A stretch of DNA of 34,415 nt from a virus (lineage: Duplodnaviria; Heunggongvirae; Uroviricota; Caudoviricetes), in IMG/VR virus record IMGVR_UViG_2740892426_000006. The stretch is one strand, 5' to 3'. Made by a program: the position numbers and the translations under genes. Shown piece by piece: positions 29,520 to 34,415 of the stretch; position 1 is the stretch's first letter, and every line of letters starts with the position of its first letter. Under the pieces are notes generated by a model, which ran no database searches, had not been told where the DNA came from, and saw nothing but the letters and a program-made list of their open reading frames with translations.

Positions 29520-32073
29520 ACCGGTAGGCGATCTGGTCGTTGATTTGAGTCTGGATGCGGCCAGATTTGACGAGCAGATGGCCAGAGTCAGGCGTCATTT
29601 TTCCGGTACGGAAAGTGATGCGAAAAAAACAGCGGCAGTCGTTGAACAGTCGCTGAGCCGACAGGCGCTGGCTGCACAGAAAGCGGGGATTTCCGTCGGG
29701 CAGTATAAAGCCGCCATGCGTATGCTGCCTGCACAGTTCACCGACGTGGCCACGCAGCTTGCAGGCGGGCAAAGTCCGTGGCTGATCCTGCTGCAACAGG
29801 GGGGGCAGGTGAAGGACTCCTTCGGCGGGATGATCCCCATGTTCAGGGGGCTTGCCGGTGCGATCACCCTGCCGATGGTGGGGGCCACCTCGCTGGCGGT
29901 GGCGACCGGTGCGCTGGCGTATGCCTGGTATCAGGGCAACTCAACCCTGTCCGATTTCAACAAAACGCTGGTCCTTTCCGGCAATCAGGCGGGACTGACG
30001 GCAGATCGTATGCTGGTCCTGTCCAGAGCCGGGCAGGCGGCAGGGCTGACGTTTAACCAGACCAGCGAGTCACTCAGCGCACTGGTTAAGGCGGGGGTAA
30101 GCGGTGAGGCTCAGATTGCGTCCATCAGCCAGAGTGTGGCGCGTTTCTCCTCTGCATCCGGCGTGGAGGTGGACAAGGTCGCTGAAGCCTTCGGGAAGCT
30201 GACCACAGACCCGACGTCGGGGCTGACGGCGATGGCACGCCAGTTCCATAACGTGACGGCGGAGCAGATTGCGTATGTTGCTCAGTTGCAGCGTTCCGGC
30301 GATGAAGCCGGGGCATTGCAGGCGGCGAACGAGGCCGCAACGAAAGGGTTTGATGACCAGACCCGCCGCCTGAAAGAGAACATGGGCACGCTGGAGACCT
30401 GGGCAGACAGGACTGCGCGGGCCTTCAAATCCATGTGGGATGCGGTGCTGGATATTGGTCGTCCTGATACCGCGCAGGAGATGCTGATTAAGGCAGAGGC
30501 TGCGTTTAAGAAAGCAGACGACATCTGGAATCTGCGCAAGGATGATTATTTTGTTAACGATGAAGCGCGGGCGCGTTACTGGGATGATCGTGAAAAGGCC
30601 CGTCTTGCGCTTGAAGCCGCCCGAAAGAAGGCTGAGCAGCAGACTCAACAGGACAAAAATGCGCAGCAGCAGAGCGATACCGAAGCGTCACGGCTGAAAT
30701 ATACCGAAGAGGCGCAGAAGGCTTACGAACGGCTGCAGACGCCGCTGGAGAAATATACCGCCCGTCAGGAAGAACTGAACAAGGCACTGAAAGACGGGAA
30801 AATCCTGCAGGCGGATTACAACACGCTGATGGCGGCGGCGAAAAAGGATTATGAAGCGACGCTGAAAAAGCCGAAACAGTCCGGCGTGAAGGTGTCTGCG
30901 GGCGATCGTCAGGAAGACAGTGCTCATGCTGCCCTGCTGACGCTTCAGGCAGAACTCCGGACGCTGGAGAAGCATGCCGGAGCGAATGAGAAAATCAGCC
31001 AGCAGCGCCGGGATTTGTGGAAGGCAGAAAGTCAGTTCGCGGTACTGGAGGAGGCGGCACAACGTCGCCAGCTGTCCGCACAGGAGAAATCCCTGCTGGC
31101 GCATAAAGATGAGACGCTGGAATACAAACGCCAGCTGGCTGCACTTGGCGACAAGGTTACGTATCAGGAGCGCCTGAACGCGCTGGCGCAGCAGGCGGAT
31201 AAATTCGCACAGCAGCAACGGGCAAAACGGGCCGCCATTGATGCGAAAAGCCGGGGGCTGACTGACCGGCAGGCAGAACGGGAAGCCACGGAACAGCGCC
31301 TGAAGGAACAGTATGGCGATAATCCGCTGGCGCTGAATAACGTCATGTCAGAGCAGAAAAAGACCTGGGCGGCTGAAGACCAGCTTCGCGGGAGCTGGAT
31401 GGCAGGCCTGAAGTCCGGCTGGAGTGAGTGGGAAGAGAGCGCCACGGACAGTATGTCGCAGGTAAAAAGTGCAGCCACGCAGACCTTTGATGGTATTGCA
31501 CAGAATATGGCAGCGATGCTGACCGGCAGTGAGCAGAACTGGCGCAGCTTCACCCGTTCCGTGCTGTCCATGATGACAGAAATTCTGCTTAAGCAGGCAA
31601 TGGTGGGGATTGTCGGGAGTATCGGCAGCGCCATTGGCGGGGCTGTTGGTGGCGGCGCATCCGCGTCAGGCGGTACAGCCATTCAGGCCGCTGCGGCGAA
31701 ATTCCATTTTGCAACCGGAGGATTCACAGGAACCGGCGGCAAATATGAGCCAGCGGGGATTGTTCACCGTGGTGAATTTGTCTTCACGAAGGAGGCAACC
31801 AGCCGGATTGGCGTGGGGAATCTCTACCGGCTGATGCGCGGCTATGCCACCGGTGGTTATGTCGGTACACCGGGCAGTCTGGCTGACAGCCGGTCGCAGG
31901 CGTCCGGGACGTTTGAGCAGAATAACCATGTGGTGATTAACAACGACGGCACGAACGGGCAGATAGGTCCGGCTGCTCTGAAGGCGGTGTATGACATGGC
32001 CCGCAAGGGTGCCCGTGATGAAATTCAGACACAGATGCGTGATGGTGGCCTGTTCTCCGGAGGTGGACGATGA
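29512..32073 (+). CDS. H: tail tape measure protein
   Basis: 853 aa; lambda gpH-like. Confidence 0.95.
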   Translation: MAEPVGDLVVDLSLDAARFDEQMARVRRHFSGTESDAKKTAAVVEQSLSRQALAAQKAGISVGQYKAAMRMLPAQFTDVATQLAGGQSPWLILLQQGGQVKDSFGGMIPMFRGLAGAITLPMVGATSLAVATGALAYAWYQGNSTLSDFNKTLVLSGNQAGLTADRMLVLSRAGQAAGLTFNQTSESLSALVKAGVSGEAQIASISQSVARFSSASGVEVDKVAEAFGKLTTDPTSGLTAMARQFHNVTAEQIAYVAQLQRSGDEAGALQAANEAATKGFDDQTRRLKENMGTLETWADRTARAFKSMWDAVLDIGRPDTAQEMLIKAEAAFKKADDIWNLRKDDYFVNDEARARYWDDREKARLALEAARKKAEQQTQQDKNAQQQSDTEASRLKYTEEAQKAYERLQTPLEKYTARQEELNKALKDGKILQADYNTLMAAAKKDYEATLKKPKQSGVKVSAGDRQEDSAHAALLTLQAELRTLEKHAGANEKISQQRRDLWKAESQFAVLEEAAQRRQLSAQEKSLLAHKDETLEYKRQLAALGDKVTYQERLNALAQQADKFAQQQRAKRAAIDAKSRGLTDRQAEREATEQRLKEQYGDNPLALNNVMSEQKKTWAAEDQLRGSWMAGLKSGWSEWEESATDSMSQVKSAATQTFDGIAQNMAAMLTGSEQNWRSFTRSVLSMMTEILLKQAMVGIVGSIGSAIGGAVGGGASASGGTAIQAAAAKFHFATGGFTGTGGKYEPAGIVHRGEFVFTKEATSRIGVGNLYRLMRGYATGGYVGTPGSLADSRSQASGTFEQNNHVVINNDGTNGQIGPAALKAVYDMARKGARDEIQTQMRDGGLFSGGGR

Positions 32074-32399
32074 AAACCTTCCGCTGGAAAGTGAAACCCG
32101 GTATGGATGTGGCTTCGGCCCCTTCTGTAAGAAAGGTGCGCTTTGGTGATGGCTATTCCCAGCGAGCGCCTGCCGGGCTGAATGCCAACCTGAAAACGTA
32201 CAGCGTGACGCTTTCTGTCCCCCGTGAGGAGGCCACGGTACTGGAGTCGTTTCTGGAAGAGCACGGGGGCTGGAAATCCTTTCTGTGGACGCCGCCTTAT
32301 GAGTGGCGGCAGATAAAGGTGACCTGCGCAAAATGGTCGTCGCGGGTCAGTATGCTGCGTGTTGAGTTCAGCGCAGAGTTTGAACAGGTGGTGAACTGA
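32070..32399 (+). CDS. M: tail tip protein M
   Basis: 109 aa; ATGA coupling to H. Confidence 0.9.
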   Translation: MKTFRWKVKPGMDVASAPSVRKVRFGDGYSQRAPAGLNANLKTYSVTLSVPREEATVLESFLEEHGGWKSFLWTPPYEWRQIKVTCAKWSSRVSMLRVEFSAEFEQVVN

Positions 32400-33097
32400 T
32401 GCAGGATATCCGGCAGGAAACACTGAATGAATGCACCCGTGCGGAGCAGTCGGCCAGCGTGGTGCTCTGGGAAATCGACCTGACAGAGGTCGGTGGAGAA
32501 CGTTATTTTTTCTGTAATGAGCAGAACGAAAAAGGTGAGCCGGTCACCTGGCAGGGGCGACAGTATCAGCCGTATCCCATTCAGGGGAGCGGTTTTGAAC
32601 TGAATGGCAAAGGCACCAGTACGCGCCCCACGCTGACGGTTTCTAACCTGTACGGTATGGTCACCGGGATGGCGGAAGATCTGCAGAGTCTGGTCGGCGG
32701 AACGGTGGTCCGGCGTAAGGTTTACGCCCGTTTTCTGGATGCGGTGAACTTCGTCAACGGAAACAGTGACGCCGATCCGGAGCAGGAGGTGATCAGCCGC
32801 TGGCGCATCGAGCAGTGCAGCGAACTGAGCGCGGTGAGTGCCTCCTTTGTACTGTCCACGCCGACGGAAACGGATGGCGCTGTTTTTCCGGGACGTATCA
32901 TGCTGGCCAACACCTGCACCTGGACCTATCGCGGTGACGAGTGCGGTTATAGCGGTCCGGCTGTCGCGGATGAATATGACCAGCCAACGTCCGATATCAC
33001 GAAGGATAAATGCAGCAAATGCCTGAGCGGTTGTAAGTTCCGCAATAACGTCGGCAACTTTGGCGGCTTCCTTTCCATTAACAAACTTTCGCAGTAA
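32399..33097 (+). CDS. L: tail tip protein L
   Basis: 232 aa; TGATG coupling to M; C-terminal Cys cluster. Confidence 0.9.
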   Translation: MQDIRQETLNECTRAEQSASVVLWEIDLTEVGGERYFFCNEQNEKGEPVTWQGRQYQPYPIQGSGFELNGKGTSTRPTLTVSNLYGMVTGMAEDLQSLVGGTVVRRKVYARFLDAVNFVNGNSDADPEQEVISRWRIEQCSELSAVSASFVLSTPTETDGAVFPGRIMLANTCTWTYRGDECGYSGPAVADEYDQPTSDITKDKCSKCLSGCKFRNNVGNFGGFLSINKLSQ

Positions 33098-33102
33098 ATC
33101 CC

Positions 33103-33846
33103 ATGACACAGACAGAATCAGCGATTCTGGCGCACGCCCGGCGATGTGCGCCAGCGGAGTCGTGCGGCTTTGTGGTAAGCACGCCGGAGGGGGAAAGATA
33201 TTTCCCCTGCGTGAATATCTCCGGTGAGCCGGAGGCGTATTTCCGTATGTCGCCGGAAGACTGGCTGCAGGCAGAAATGCAGGGTGAGATTGTGGCGCTG
33301 GTCCACAGCCACCCCGGTGGTCTGCCCTGGCTGAGTGAGGCCGACCGGCGGCTGCAGGTGCAGAGTGATTTGCCGTGGTGGCTGGTCTGCCGGGGGACGA
33401 TTCATAAGTTCCGCTGTGTGCCGCATCTCACCGGGCGGCGCTTTGAGCACGGTGTGACGGACTGTTACACACTGTTCCGGGATGCTTATCATCTGGCGGG
33501 GATTGAGATGCCGGACTTTCATCGTGAGGATGACTGGTGGCGTAACGGCCAGAATCTCTATCTGGATAATCTGGAGGCGACGGGGCTGTATCAGGTGCCG
33601 TTGTCAGCGGCACAGCCGGGCGATGTGCTGCTGTGCTGTTTTGGTTCATCGGTGCCGAATCACGCCGCAATTTACTGCGGCGACGGCGAGCTGCTGCACC
33701 ATATTCCTGAACAACTGAGCAAACGAGAGAGGTACACCGACAAATGGCAGCGACGCACACACTCCCTCTGGCGTCACCGGGCATGGCGCGCATCTGCCTT
33801 TACGGGGATTTACAACGATTTGGTCGCCGCATCGACCTTCGTGTGA
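33103..33846 (+). CDS. K: tail tip assembly protein K (long form including the N-terminal JAMM/MPN-like region)
   Basis: 247-aa ORF containing an HSHPGG motif; as I recall, the classical lambda annotation starts at an internal Met and gives 199 aa. Confidence 0.85.
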   Translation: MTQTESAILAHARRCAPAESCGFVVSTPEGERYFPCVNISGEPEAYFRMSPEDWLQAEMQGEIVALVHSHPGGLPWLSEADRRLQVQSDLPWWLVCRGTIHKFRCVPHLTGRRFEHGVTDCYTLFRDAYHLAGIEMPDFHREDDWWRNGQNLYLDNLEATGLYQVPLSAAQPGDVLLCCFGSSVPNHAAIYCGDGELLHHIPEQLSKRERYTDKWQRRTHSLWRHRAWRASAFTGIYNDLVAASTFV

Positions 33847-34415
33847 AAACGGGGGCTGAAGCCATCCGGGCACTGGCCACACAGCTCCCGGCGTTTCGTC
33901 AGAAACTGAGCGACGGCTGGTATCAGGTACGGATTGCCGGGCGGGACGTCAGCACGTCCGGGTTAACGGCGCAGTTACATGAGACTCTGCCTGATGGCGC
34001 TGTGATTCATATTGTTCCCAGAGTCGCCGGGGCCAAGTCAGGTGGCGTATTCCAGATTGTCCTGGGGGCTGCCGCCATTGCCGGATCATTCTTTACCGCC
34101 GGAGCCACCCTTGCAGCATGGGGGGCAGCCATTGGGGCCGGTGGTATGACCGGCATCCTGTTTTCTCTCGGTGCCAGTATGGTGCTCGGTGGTGTGGCGC
34201 AGATGCTGGCACCGAAAGCCAGAACTCCCCGTACACAGACAACGGATAACGGTAAGCAGAACACCTATTTCTCCTCACTGGATAACATGGTTGCCCAGGG
34301 CAATGTTCTGCCTGTTCTGTACGGGGAAATGCGCGTGGGGTCACGCGTGGTTTCTCAGGAGATCAGCACGGCAGACGAAGGGGACGGTGGTCAGGTTGTG
34401 GTGATTGGTCGCTGA
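33744..34415 (+). CDS. I: tail tip assembly protein I
   Basis: 223 aa; stop codon is exactly at the window end; lambda gpI-like. Confidence 0.9.
   Translation: MAATHTLPLASPGMARICLYGDLQRFGRRIDLRVKTGAEAIRALATQLPAFRQKLSDGWYQVRIAGRDVSTSGLTAQLHETLPDGAVIHIVPRVAGAKSGGVFQIVLGAAAIAGSFFTAGATLAAWGAAIGAGGMTGILFSLGASMVLGGVAQMLAPKARTPRTQTTDNGKQNTYFSSLDNMVAQGNVLPVLYGEMRVGSRVVSQEISTADEGDGGQVVVIGR

Overview
The window is a nearly complete lambdoid prophage in integrated (permuted) order, running from the stop codon of the integrase gene (pos 1) to the stop codon of tail gene I (pos 34415). Three blocks are distinguishable. (1) 1-11773: a non-lambda early region with int/xis, a five-gene leftward block whose sizes and order resemble the E. 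coli CPS-53/KplE1 yfdP-Q-R-S-T genes, a cI/cro immunity region, an O-like replication initiator with internal iterons, and nin-type genes ending in a QuuQ-type Q antiterminator. (2) 11774-17100: a late-control and lysis region carrying about 3.3 kb of cargo (AT-rich moron ORF, small winged-helix ORF, orphan DNA methyltransferase, about 1.1 kb of hairpin-rich non-coding DNA), then a mosaic lysis cassette whose Rz gene is broken by a 40-bp insertion. (3) 17100-34415: lambda-type bor, cos, and morphogenetic genes Nu1 through I, recognised from my recollection of lambda protein sequences. The most unusual locus is 3966-5178, between the early-left operon and cI: a 470-bp ORF-free, hairpin-dense block followed by a rightward ORF for a coiled-coil plus C4 zinc-ribbon protein. 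No alignment or database search was run; all family assignments are from motifs and memory, and no tRNA, CRISPR array or transposase was seen.
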